Assembly: GCF_009914755.1 (NCBI RefSeq)
Contig: NC_060931.1
Source of the DNA: the human T2T-CHM13v2.0 reference genome, Homo sapiens
DNA: 64,000 bases
Strand: one strand, 5' to 3'
The first letter of the stretch is position 1, and each line of letters opens with the position of its first letter. The translations under genes were made by a program, and so were the position numbers. Below the pieces are notes generated by a model. It did no database searches. It saw nothing but the letters and a program-made list of their open reading frames with translations, and had not been told where the DNA came from. Positions 26,320 to 39,634 of this stretch are shown piece by piece.

Positions 26320-27744
26320 TGAATATTTTTTCTAAGCACCAGACAAAACTGAGATCCATTGAGCAAAGCAGAGAAGTTGTAGGTGGTATCTGTAACACCT
26401 ATACTCCCAGAAGAAGGGTCAGTTCTGCTTGAGAGTATAGAAAAATTTGTAAGTAATTACGCAAATTCCTCCAAATATTTTAATGAGGTCACTCTGAAAT
26501 AAAGACATAATTATAAGCCCAGGGTTCAAAATAGTAGTTTTGATTATGTTATACAGCCAAATGCTTCCTGTAGAAGCTGCTGTTTTGTCTGAGATCAATA
26601 ATGTCCTAAGAAACGGCTGAACTAGACCCTCTCGGTCAATCCATCATCAGGACTTGTGATGGAGGGGACTTAGAGTTAACAGTGATTCTGACAGTATCAT
26701 TTCCCAAAGTACTTGGGAATCAGGAATACATATAGTTTCTCAAGCATACTTGATCCATAAGCATCTGAAATACATTTAAACTTGGTTCCGCAAAGCAAGT
26801 CATGGCATAGGAAGGGTGACAATGGCCTTGCCATGCAGGTGGCCCTTCACTGTATGTTGAGTTCTGTGGCTTTTTGAGGGCAGCTCTTGAGCTCTGCCAG
26901 ATAATGTTGTCATGCAGTCTGTACAGTGGCACCACCATGCCTGCTGTTTTCTCATCTTCCAGTAGGTCCACCAATACTGAGGCTTCCCTTACAACTGTGA
27001 CATTAAAACCAATTTAAACCAGCTAGGACTATTTGAGAGAAGTTCATTTAGGTCTGAAATATTAAACTAAAATAACTTTAGCTCATCCTTAAGAGCCAAT
27101 CCTAGGGTTGCTGTTATTTAATGAATAATTACTTTTGAAGAGGTTTTGTAGACTATATTGCTGAAATCTTACCTCAAGGAGAGTAGTCACTAATTCTGAA
27201 ATGAATGAATTAGAAAACAGTCAATGCCCAAATCTCCAAATGACCTTATTGCTTTCTCCCACTGAGCACCTCTGATAAGGCCTCCCTTTGAGGTCTTATC
27301 AAATTCTCCCAGATTTCAAGATCTTTCTGAACCACAATTACTCTTGTGTGTCAGTTTTGATATATTTACCATCTGTTGCCTGTTTATAGTGAATACATGC
27401 ATGTAGTACTATGTATATACAGTGTGTGACTACTTTACAACTGATTTGGTCAAATGGGAATCAAATGAAGGTGAAATTTTATTCAAGGATATATGTTTAA
27501 TTTAAATCATTTTGCTTATGACATAATCATTGTAGGTTGATTAAATAAAATGATTAACCTACTTAAGAAAAAGCTTGTTCATTACTTAAATCTCAATGAC
27601 ATCAATTTCATTTAATAAAAGTTTTTCATTTATTTACAGGACTGAAATAAAACCCTGGTAAAACTAGATTTTAAGACTCAAAGCAGTGTAGGCCATTCCT
27701 ATTATACAGCTGATAATGTGGAGAAAAATCAGATCTTTAAGTAC

Positions 27745-27747
<3 letters not shown>

Positions 27748-27794
<47 letters not shown>
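27748..27794. repeat. (TA)n microsatellite, about 23 units
   Basis: Uninterrupted AT alternation. Confidence 0.95.
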
Positions 27795-27799
<5 letters not shown>

Positions 27800-30194
27800 A
27801 GGTGAACATTATTATTTTGCAATATGAATTGGCACTGGCACAGAAGTGATTTAAACAACCGGCTTTACAAATAAGGAGACTCTCATGTGTTTAATGATTT
27901 CTTTTTTAAAAAAATGAGAATAAGGGCTAAATGTAAAATTTAGGGGCTTTTGCTAAGTTGGTTTCATTTTAATCTTTCCCTTTACCAAAATAAACTAGTA
28001 CAAAGAAATGCAAATATTTGAGTATGTGCTAAAATAAACATTGCATCAATCATGTTTGAGGAGGTACAGAGGTAAGGAGGTCAACCGCCTGACTGGAAAT
28101 GATGGGTGGGGACATGATAGGGAAAATACAAGAAGGGACCTTCATGGCCAAAACCTCAGGGCTCCGCTCTCCTGAAATCAACCATATGGGAGCCTCAAAG
28201 TTCAGAAATCACTGCCAACAGACTCCTAGCCTAGGAGGAAAAACTGAGCTTGAAGCTCAGTTGCTGCTCACAGTAGCCCCCAAAGGGTCCCAGTTAACCC
28301 CTCATTTATTAGTCTAACAATTTTATTATCTTAGCTAATTTACATATTGTATTTTATGATTGTATGTTGCTCTTCAAGCTATTATTTTTAAACTCAATTT
28401 TATTTTCTTTAATCTTCAGTTTCTAGTTTTCATCGTTGGCTCTCTAACGTTTATCATTTGTTATTAATTCTTGGCTTTTACTTTGCCATTTTATAGTGCT
28501 CATTTTATACCACTTTATCTTACTGTTTATGTTATCTTGGTTATTTTATCATCTTCTTTAAGATGTTACCCAACTTTTATAACTGGCAAGCAGAAATATT
28601 GGCTAAAGGCAGGCATCTGGGAGGTCAGTCCAGGCCCCAAGCAAGAAGAGGTGGAAGATGTTCTTTCTTCCTAGGGGTTTTACAACATCTCTTCCAGATC
28701 TCCACAACTGATTCCTAAATTCCCTTCCTAGACACATCATTTCATTGTGAAATCAGTTTGAAAGAAGGATGTGACCACTATCATGGACCCTTTACACTAG
28801 GTAACCCTATCAACACACCAGCCCCAGATATGGCCGCAGCATAAGGCTAACATCCATAGCACACATTAAGAGCTTAATTATTGTGGTTACCTTCTCTCAT
28901 GAATTAGCCAATCCATTTAATGAAACTGGGGAAAACTTCATGATGTCTATCCTATAAAATTGTTGAAATCTAGGTAAACTCTGGGAACAAACTGCACTTT
29001 ACCAGAAGAAAAGAGGTCACAATCATTGGGAGGAGAAGGAAGTCCAATTCAAGGAGAGAAACTGGCCGACATTCTCCAGGCTTAGTCTTTTGTTTTCCTC
29101 TATAATGAAATGGTTTCATTCTTTTTCTCTTGCTACTTAAATAACAATCTTTTGGAAAACTCAAATGACATAAAATTCTAAGAAAGAAAGTAAAAACATG
29201 ATATCCCACCCCCCGAGATACCACGTTTAAATAATCACCATTAACATTTTAGCACCCATCATTTCATGTAGTTCCCTGTGTACAAATACCCACAGGCATA
29301 TGTCCTTTTAGATTTAGGCACATGTCATTTAGATAAACAAACTAGTTGATGAACTTCCATGTACAGACATATGTACACATACAAAGATACACATATGTAT
29401 TAGTAAGGAATGGCTAGCAGTGATGCCACTATAATGCCCAAAAATAAATATTATCTTTTTAGGTCAGCTGTATTTATGCTCAAAGTTATCTTTACTCCTA
29501 TATTCTGGCTGAGGAAGAGGTTGTTGCACTTGTAATGGCAAAAGGAAAAAGAATATGGTGACACTACTTCACTGAGACCCAGGCAAGAGTTGCCCTGCTC
29601 TAGTCCACACTCTTTAGTCTGATCTGGCCTTCCTCTAGTCATGTGCCTCTTTATGAAGAGAGCAGTCTGAAGGGCTAAAGGTCATGGCTTCTCTGAGTCC
29701 ATTTATCTATTCCCATTCCAATGTACACTCTGCTGCAAGTCCTGTGAGCGTCAGAACTCCTCCCCAAATAGGCTCTGTGAGGGCCCGCTTCTAAGGGCAG
29801 GCAAGGCTGTAGGAGCATGTACCCATTAAGTCCGAGAGAGAGCCAAGGGTTGGCCGCTTCCACAGAATGTGGATGGAGTTTGAAAATGGGGTTTGGAGTG
29901 TTTTCAAAAATGAGCTGGAGCCCTTCTTGGTATGGAACAGATAGAAATCAGGGGTCCTGCTTTCTTTCAGAAGGATAGTGTTTAATGCAACTTAATAAAT
30001 CATAGATTTCCCACTAAATTAAAATACATTTTTACATATAATCGTTTCTTGATTCTCTGTTCTGCCCCACTGATGTATTTTTTCTATGCTTATGCCAAAC
30101 TATACTGATTTCATAAGTAGTTCTCATCTATATTCTAATATTTTGTAAGACAATTCTAACCTCATTTTTCCCAAAAAATATTGGTGATCCTTGA

Positions 30195-30521
<327 letters not shown>

Positions 30522-30702
30522 CCAAAAATTATAAAGTATCATTTTTGGAAATTGAGTACAGAAAACTCTGTTGGCATTTTAATAGGAATTGCATTGTATT
30601 TATATGTTTATAAAAATAGAACACTGATATCTTTATAATATTGGTACGTATTTCCATCTAAGAATATAATATGCCTTCCAACTATTTAAAATTATTATTT
30701 TT

Positions 30703-30806
30703 TGGCTCACACCTTTAATACCAGCACTTTGGGATGCCAAAGTGGTAGGATTCCTTGGGGCCAAGGAGTTCGAGACCAGCCTGGGCAACATAAGGAGACA
30801 CCATCT
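30703..30806 (+). mobile_element. Truncated AluJ/FLAM left arm
   Basis: 'tggctcacacct...ggagttcgagaccagcctgggcaacataaggagacaccatct'; no A-linker or tail. Confidence 0.8.
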
Positions 30807-30855
30807 TGTTGAAGTGGCAGAACAGGAGAGGAGGAACCTGGGTGCCAATGGTTGT

Positions 30856-31330
30856 CACATAGGGTAAGTTCAGCTGTGAGAAATGGCTAACTGAAAATAG
30901 CAGTGGCTTAAAACAAATAGGAACTCCTCTCTATTGTATAAATGTAGTAAGTCAAGGGCTGGTAAAACAGACCCACAACCGTTGGCACCCAGGCTCCTCC
31001 TCTCCTGTTCTGCCACCTCAACAAGCAGCCTGTGGCCCCATGGCTGCTTCAGGGCCAATTATCATGTTTTAATTCTAGAAAACAAGAAGAAGAAAATGGA
31101 AAAAATCAAGGGCAAGTCCCCTTCCTGGACAAACATTGCCAAAAGATGCATATGCTACTTTTGCTTGCATTACATTGGTGAGAACTTAGTGATACGGCCA
31201 TGAGTAAATCCATGAGAGTCTGAGAAAGTATTTATTCCGGGAAATCATGTGGCCAGCTAAAATTGGGATTTTATTATCTTTAAAGATGTGAAGAACAGAT
31301 ACGAAGGACAACTGGCAGTTACTTCTACAA
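30856..31330 (-). mobile_element. Old MaLR LTR (MLT1J/K-like)
   Basis: 'cagtggcttaaaacaaatag', 'gcacccaggctcctcc', 'cattggtgagaacttagt', 'catgtggccagctaaaattggg'. Confidence 0.65.
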
Positions 31331-31474
31331 GCATCTACTCTACGGACATTTGGATTTTTATCCCTTAACATGTTCATTGTAATGAACTACACTGAAGAGG
31401 TTTCCCAATATTGAAAATTCTTGCATTCTTAGAACAAAACTTCATCATATTGTATGATAACACATTATTTCAAC

Positions 31475-31785
31475 AGATCTCCAAAATATAAATTACCAAC
31501 TTTGACCCAAGAAGTAGAAAACATGAATAGACCAATTACCAAAGATTTTATTACACTTGTTAAAATTCCTCGTGTAAAAAAACAGACGAGGACCACTTGG
31601 TTTTCTGACTTAGTTCCATCTATATATCAAAAAATAAAATAGACAATTCAAATGTCATTTAAATAATCCCAGATCATAAAAAAGGAAATATTCCCAATTC
31701 ATTTTATTATTTTAATATTCAAAACATGTTAGAGTTCTAAAAACTCTATTTATATGCACATTTTAAGTAAAATAATAATAAGGTC
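31475..31785 (+). mobile_element. L1M ORF2 fragment, inverted relative to its neighbour
   Basis: Translates 'YKLPTLTQEVENMNRPI' (compare L1 YNLPRLNQEEIENLNRPI); 'ttcccaattcattttat' matches LPNSFY. Confidence 0.6.
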
Positions 31786-32077
31786 CATAATAAAGCATTG
31801 GTTTGGGAACCAAAGGATGCACCCACTAGAAGTTTGTCAGTTGTCCTTTATCATTGATAAAAAAAAAAACAGAAATAAAAACAACAACTAGATCTCCTGA
31901 ATACCAGTGGGTTGATTTAAGGCATAGCTACAGATGTAGAGAGCTACAGGCTCTCTAATAATCTCTGGAGAAGTGAACCCTATTCCCTGAATTTTTATTA
32001 TATTATTTAACTTCTATAAGCCTCCATTTATAATACTGGAGTAATAGTGGTCTTGGGACAATTTAATAAGATAATGC

Positions 32078-32143
32078 AGCCAGACATAGGGGCTCACATT
32101 TGTAATCTCAGCACTTTGGGAAGCCAAGGCCGAAGGATCACTT
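32078..32143 (+). mobile_element. Alu 5' fragment
   Basis: 'ggctcacatttgtaatctcagcactttgggaagccaaggccgaaggatcactt'. Confidence 0.75.
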
Positions 32144-35100
32144 ATCTTGCACCCCTGGCTATAAAATTCCTTGCAGTAAGTGCTGCAAGATACTAAGTTC
32201 CCATGCATTTTAAAACTGAATTTTCTGTTTTCTGCTTTGATTCCTTTTTTTTTTTTTTAAAAAAAAAAGGACTTTGTATGTCTTAATAGTCATACTCCTT
32301 CAACACAGATACTAGAAGATTGTTTGATGTCTGATATCAATTGAATACTATAAATTGTAAGTTCTATATATACTAGGCACCAATCTAAATACTGACTTCT
32401 TTCAAAAAATCTCAATAGAAGAATCCTTAATGATATTTTCCAAAACTACACACATAGTTGACTTACATGATTTGGGTTTAGAGGTTTCTTTTACGGGTCA
32501 TTTTCCTAGAACTATATGAATTAACTCGAAAATCATCTAGTCTGTGAGATTTAGAAATACAACAATTTGAATAGCAACTAATAGAAACATATTTTAAGTA
32601 ACAAAAGGAGTTACAGAAAGCTTAATAATGAGCTTCTTTTTATTATCACCCTGGATATATTTCTTAGGCCACAGTTGAAGTAACTATCTCTCACTGATCT
32701 TAAAAAGTTTCCTCCTACTATACTTGGGCACATAAGAAAAAGGTCTCGAGCATGGGAGTTAGGATGGCTGTGATGGATCAAGGGACTCTCCACAAACTAC
32801 CTTTGAATGTTCAGTGAATTCTGTACTGACCTATTAAGAGAGGTTTCTGCTCTCATTAGGATCCAGTAGGTTTCAGGTGCAACTACCCCTCTACTTTACT
32901 CTTCCACCTCCCAGAGAACTCTGCCAAGAGCCATGTTAAGACTGCTTTCTTCTTTAACTACTAATAGTCTTGATTATAGGAACAGAAATTTATTGTAACA
33001 TCAATCTCATGGAAAAGTGAAAGTAGCTAAATATATTTACAGAATCAAGATATGGCTGAGTTGATACTGAATGATGGGGGCTTCCTCTTTAACTGTTCAG
33101 GTTAGAACAATTTATGGTTGAAATTACTTTGGCTGTTGCCATGATTTCCAGCATATTATGGTAAAAAGAAAAAATTTTTATTTCAGTTGCTCATTCACTT
33201 TTCATGAATTTTTTTAAAATAAAGTGATAAGCTATTTTAGGGGTATAGTGGTTCACCAGAAGCTACAAGGATATTGAAAGAAGAAGGGCATGTAAACAAA
33301 TTATTAACTCTGAAAAAAAAGTGAAGACACAAAAAAACCTTTTATTAAAGGCACCTGCTGACAGGTATTTCTGAAAATGTGTGAAAATAATGCCTTATTT
33401 ATTTGCTTGTGTTATACACAAGGAAATAGGTTTTATCTAGTCATGAAGCATATTAAACTGCCACTCTCCCCCCTCCTGTAAACATTCCAGTGTCTCATTA
33501 ACAATGGCACCAGAACTTTATCTTCAAAAAGCTTTTTCTATTCATGTGGAATATTTTATGGTTAGATGCCCAATTAATCTGCTATAGTTTAGCTTTGTGA
33601 GGTTCAAATGTCTGTTTCACTTAGCTGTTTACTTCTAAATGGGCCAGAGCTCTTTAAAATTTAAAGAGTAAGAGGAGACCTTAGGGATGTACATAAGGAA
33701 AAATAGCATGTCCTCTAATATACTGATTTTTAAATCAAAATAATATAAATGATTATTCATGGAACAATTTTTCTTCTACATACTTGAACTACACTTCCAT
33801 TTGCCTTAAATATATGGCTGTGCTCCAAGTTCCAACATTTTTTCATTTTCTATGTTAAAGTTTGCTTCTTCATGACATTTATACCCTTCAAATATTTATA
33901 AATGCTACCATGCTCTTGATTCTCTGCATTTAAATCTGATTCATACTTTCATGGATATGTGGATATGCTGCAATAAAACAGAAGTCATTAAATGACAAGG
34001 CACCAATCTCTTTTTGTTGGTAGGTTCTAAAATCCTTCATCTCATTCCAACAAGGAAGCTTTTAACTCTATCAATTTCTGACCATTAACTCTCATCTTTA
34101 GTTTTTTATCCCTTCAAATGTGATGATCATGTACTCTAAGGCAGCTTGGCAGATTTACAATATGTAAATATTGAGAGAGTGAGACTCCATGCCAATTGAT
34201 GTAAACAATAAATGCACAGCGATTATTTTCAGAAACAGATGCAGGGAATGTCCACAGATGTTTGGAGTTTAGTCTCCTTTAAAATGTTCTATTTGAGTAA
34301 TGATGTAAATAAACAAGTATCAATGCAACTAAATAATGAAGACATTTTTCTGTTGGTTATGCTAACACCATGCTGCGTTCTCCCAAGTTGTGTGTTTTAA
34401 GTGTATTTTTAACTCCCAGATCTGGCATTGGCCAAAAAACTAAGTGCAAATGCTGCTTATTAAAAAAATACCAACATGTGGATTTCTATTCCAGAAAAAA
34501 TGCTTGGTCTATGTTTTCCAAAGTGGGAAATTATAACTTTCACTATCAGAAATTCTATCTTTAATAAATTAATATCCCACTGCATTTCCCCTCAAAATAT
34601 AAATATCAGTATCTAGTTCTTGGATTGGAAGTATGATATGAACTAAATTTCATGAACCCAAAATGTTTCTACCAAATGTTTTTATCAGCTAATTAATCTA
34701 CACAGCTAACAATCTACAAGGATTGAGGTCAGGTTGTTGAGAACTTCTGTATAGATAAAAAAACTAATTCAATTGTGTGCACATGAGATATGGTATATTC
34801 AAAATTAGATATCAAATGAAGAATAAGTAGTCATTGGAGAATCAGCCTTTGAATAAACTGGATTCTGTTATTTCTACTTTCAAATCACAGTTAGGGTAAG
34901 CTACCACTGCTGCTTACAGATAGCTAAACCTAAACTCACTTGTCAATGTTAATAGCATTTTTGTTTATCAGATTTTCTACACAGTTTATTATATTGTTTG
35001 CAAATAAAAAACAGTTTTACTTCTTTCTTTTAAATATGAAGTGTTGTTTTGCCTTATTGCACTAGATAAGAACTCCCGTAAAATGTTGAATAGGAGTTAA

Positions 35101-35705
35101 GAGTTCATTTTCTGCCTTGTTTCTGATCTTAGACGAGGAAGCATTTAACCTTTTACCTCTAAAGATGATATTAGCTACAGGATTTTCACAGATGCCTTAA
35201 ATACACTTTCAGGTAACAAAGTTTTCTTCAATTCCTAGTTTCCTGGGAATTTTTATAATGAATGTTAAATTTTACCACGTATTTTTCTACATCCATGGAG
35301 ATAATTTTATAAAGGATTTTTCACCTTTGTTAATTCTGTGAACTTCATTGATTTTCAAGCATGAAACCAATCTTCCACTTCTGAAATAAATCCAACTTGC
35401 CCATAATATCTTCTCTGTATATTGCTTGATTCTTTGTTAAGAGTGTTCGTACCTATGTTCATAAAGGATATTGGCCTATACTATTTTTATGTCTGTCTGA
35501 TTATGGTATAAAGGGATTGCTGACTTCTCCTGGTTATCCTTTTTTAAATGTCCCTAGGATTTGTAGTCACTCATGTTTCATATTAGTAATTTGTCTTTTC
35601 TCATTTTTCTTTATGAATACCCCTATATATTTTTAATTTTATTGATGTTTTCAAAGAATGTGCTTTTGTTTCATTGATATTTAATTAACTAATTTTGATC
35701 TTTAT

Positions 35706-36007
<302 letters not shown>

Positions 36008-36103
36008 TTGTTTTGTTTTTTACTTATTTGGGTTTAATTAGCCCTTCTCTTTTCTAGCCTACTTAAGTATGGGGCTTAGAGAGTTTATTTTATACTTCCT
36101 TCT

Positions 36104-36411
36104 ACTTTTTGTTTGTTTGTTTGTTTCTGAGACAGAGTCTTGCTCTGTCCTCCAGGCTGGGGTGCAGTGACGCAATCTTGGCTCACTGCAACCTCCGCCC
36201 CCATCATTCAAGTCTTATGCCTCAGACTCCTCAGTAGCTAGGTTTACAGGTGAGTACCACCACACCAGGCTAATTTTTTTTTTTTTTTCCCAGTAGAGTC
36301 AGGGTTTCACCATGTTGGCCAGGCTGGTCTCAATCTCCTGGCCTCAAGTGAACCAGCCGGCTTGGCCTCCCAAAGTGCTTGAATTACAGGCGTGAGCCAC
36401 CGTGCCTGGCC
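36104..36411 (-). mobile_element. Alu (Sz/J-like)
   Basis: Full dimer with (TTTG)n tail; TSD tacttccttct. Confidence 0.9.
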
Positions 36412-36764
36412 TACTTCCTTCTCTTCAAATAAACATTTAAAACTGTAATTTTTAATCTAAGCACTGCTTTAGCTGCATCTCTCAAAATTTGATATTCTGT
36501 GTTTTAGGTGTCATTTCATTACATTTTTTATTGACTTTGTGATTTTTCTTCATTGACCTTGTGTTGTTTTAATGAAAAGTGTTGTTTAATTTTCAAATTT
36601 GAAGGTATTTCATATATCTTTTGGCTAGTTTTTTTCCATTTAGTTGTTGTGATCAGAGAGCAAACTGCATGATTTTACTCTTTTCTATGTGTTAGGACAT
36701 ATGTTATAGCCTAATACACATTCTATCTTGGTAAATGTTTCATGTGCACCTGAAAAGCATATTG

Positions 36765-38490
36765 TTTATCAACAGACACAGAAAAAGCACTTGAGAAAAT
36801 TCAATACCCATTCATGATAAAAACCCTCAATAAAGTAGCAGTACAGGGGAGTTTCCTCAAGTTGTTTAAGAATAACTGCAAAAAGACCTACAGTTAGCAT
36901 CATATTTAATGATGAAAAGCTTTTCAAGTAAAATCAGGAAAAAAGCAAGGATGTCCTCTCTCACCACTCCTTTTCAACATTGTCCTGGAAGGTCTTAACT
37001 AATACAACAAGACAAGAAATGAAATAAAAAGTATACTGATTGGAAAATAAAAAATAAAACTTGCCTTTCTTTCATAGATGACACTATTGTCTATGTAGAA
37101 AATTTGGAGGGTGGGGTGCGGAATTCACAACAAAAAGCCTCGTGGAACTAATAAGCCTTTGTTGCAGGGTTGCAGGATATGAGATTACTATACAGACAGC
37201 AATTGTTTTTCTATGTTCCAGCAATGAGTAAGTGGAATTTGAAATTAAAAACACAATAGCACTTACACTGGCACCAAAAAAATGCAACAGGTATAAGTCT
37301 AACAAAAGATGTACAAGATCCATATGAGGAAAAATACCAAACTCTGATGAAAAAAATTGAAGAACTAAATAAACGTAGAGATATTGCATGTTCATGGATA
37401 GGAAGGCTAAATATTGTCAAGATATCTGTTCTTTCCAACTTGATCTATAGATTCAATGCATCCCCAATAAAAATGCTAGCAAGCTATTTTGCAGATGTAG
37501 ACAAACCAATTCTAAAGTTTATATGGAGAGGCAAAAGACTCAGAATAGTCAAAACAATATTAAAGGAGAAGAACAAAACTGGAGGACTTACAATACCTCA
37601 GTTTGCAACTAATTCTAAAGCTACAATAATCAAGACAATGTAATAGTGCTGAAAAATAGACAAACAGATCAATGGAACAGAACAGAGAGCTCAAAAGTTG
37701 ACCTATATAAATACAGTAAATTGATCTTTGACAAAAAAGCAAAGACAATACAATAGAGAAAAGATAGTCTTTTCAAAAAATGATGCTTGAACAAATGTAA
37801 ATACACATATAAAAAAATGAATCTATATACAAACTCTATACCCTTCATAAATGTTGACTTAAAATGGACCACAGACCTAACTATAAAACACAAAACTATA
37901 AAATTCTTAGATAACATAGAAAAAAAAATCTAGAGGGCACTGGGTTTGATGATGACACCAGGTTTGATGATGACACCAAAAGCACAGTCCATGAAAGAAA
38001 CACTTAATAAGCTGGACTTCATTAAAATTAAAAATTTCTGCTCTGTGAAAGACACTGTAAAGAAAAGAAAAAGATACACCACAGACTGGGATAAAATATT
38101 TACAAAAACGAATTTAATAAAAAACTGTTATCCAAAATATACAAGAACTCTTCAAACGTAACTATAAGAAAACAACCCGATTAAAAGATGGACCAAAGAC
38201 TTTAAGAGATACCTCACCAAAGAAGACATTTAGATGGTCAGTAAGCGTATGAAAAGATGTTCCACAGCATATTTCATTGAGGAAATACAAATTAAAATAA
38301 TGAGATACTAGTACATTAATCAGCATGACCAAAATCCAGAAGACTGACAATGCCAAATGGTGGCAAGGATGTGGAACAGTAACTTTCCATTAAGGGTGGG
38401 AATGCAAAATGATATACCCACTTTGGATGAGAGTTTGGTGATTTCTTATAAAACTAAACATACTCTTACCATATGATCCAGCAGTCATGC
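36765..38490 (+). mobile_element. L1MC/MB-like ORF2 3' half, decayed
   Basis: ORF track 'DIACSWIGRLNIVKISVLSNLIYRFNASPIK' and 'LDFIKIKNFCSVKDTV'; multiple stops and frameshifts; 3' UTR missing. Confidence 0.9.
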
Positions 38491-39357
38491 CACCATTTAG
38501 CATTGTCAGTCTTCTGACATATGATGTGGATATTTAAATAACAACAAAAAGACTGGGAAGATAGAAAGGAAGATTTAATCTAGGAAGTTCATTTTTAGCC
38601 TTAAAATACTGAGTAGCTTACAAAAAGTCTTCTCCTTTTTTCTTCATAGTGAATAGTTTTTATGTTAGGATGATTTTATTGTATATGCACAATAATGCTG
38701 GATTGCACTGACTCATCCATTCCTAATTTTGAGTGTGTGAAGATCTTGATGTTGTGCCGTGCAGATCCAGATGTCAGGCATTTTGCCATACTTGCCAATA
38801 TAGGCAGCTGATTATAATTATTCACTGCCATTAAATTGCTGCTCAAAAATTTTCCCATTCAAGTTGATGAATCAAGATGTTGTTTGGGCTAAGCTTTTCC
38901 CAAGAAAATGCTTTCCAAATTCCTAATACTTTGACCTCAAGAATATTTAAGAAAAAGGCTGGTGTGATGTATGCATGGGATTTATAGTAAGTCTATTAGA
39001 GATAGATCTTTTTCAAAAGGAAGAACTGTCAAACCAAAATATAAACATAGGCAATAATGAGATTGTAACCCAAATGTCAGTTACACAACACCCCATTAAT
39101 TTCACTTATCCTTTCATCTCCAAACAAGTCCATGGGTTTTGTAAATATAAAAAATAAAAACCTCCCCATGTTCTCTACCCGCTCATATGGCATGGGGAAG
39201 GAGGGTGAAGATCTTTATATCTGTGGCTTCTTGATCTAGAATTCTGCTTTCACACTTGCTCTCTCTCTTCTGTTCCAACCTAAACTTGAAACAAATCTTC
39301 TCTGATTTCTACAGAACAAATAAATAAGCAAACACAGTAAGAATTCGAGGGATTATT

Positions 39358-39634
39358 TGTCGGGCGCGGGGGCTCACACCTGTAATCCCAACATTTTGGG
39401 AGGCCGAGGCAGGTGGATCACCTGAGGTCAGGGGTTGGAGACCAGCCCGGCCAACATGGTGAAACCCCATCTCTACCAAAAATACAAAAAATTAGCCGGG
39501 CATGGTGGCAGGCACCTGTAATCCCAGCTACTTAGGAGGCTGAGGCAGGAGAATTGCAGTGAGCCGAGATGGCGCCACTGCACTCCAGCCCGGGCAACAG
39601 AGAGAGACTCCATCTCAAGAAAAAAAAAAAAAAA
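39358..39634 (+). mobile_element. AluS with internal deletion
   Basis: Dimer lacking 'ttgaacccgggaggcggaggttgc'; A-tail present. Confidence 0.9.
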
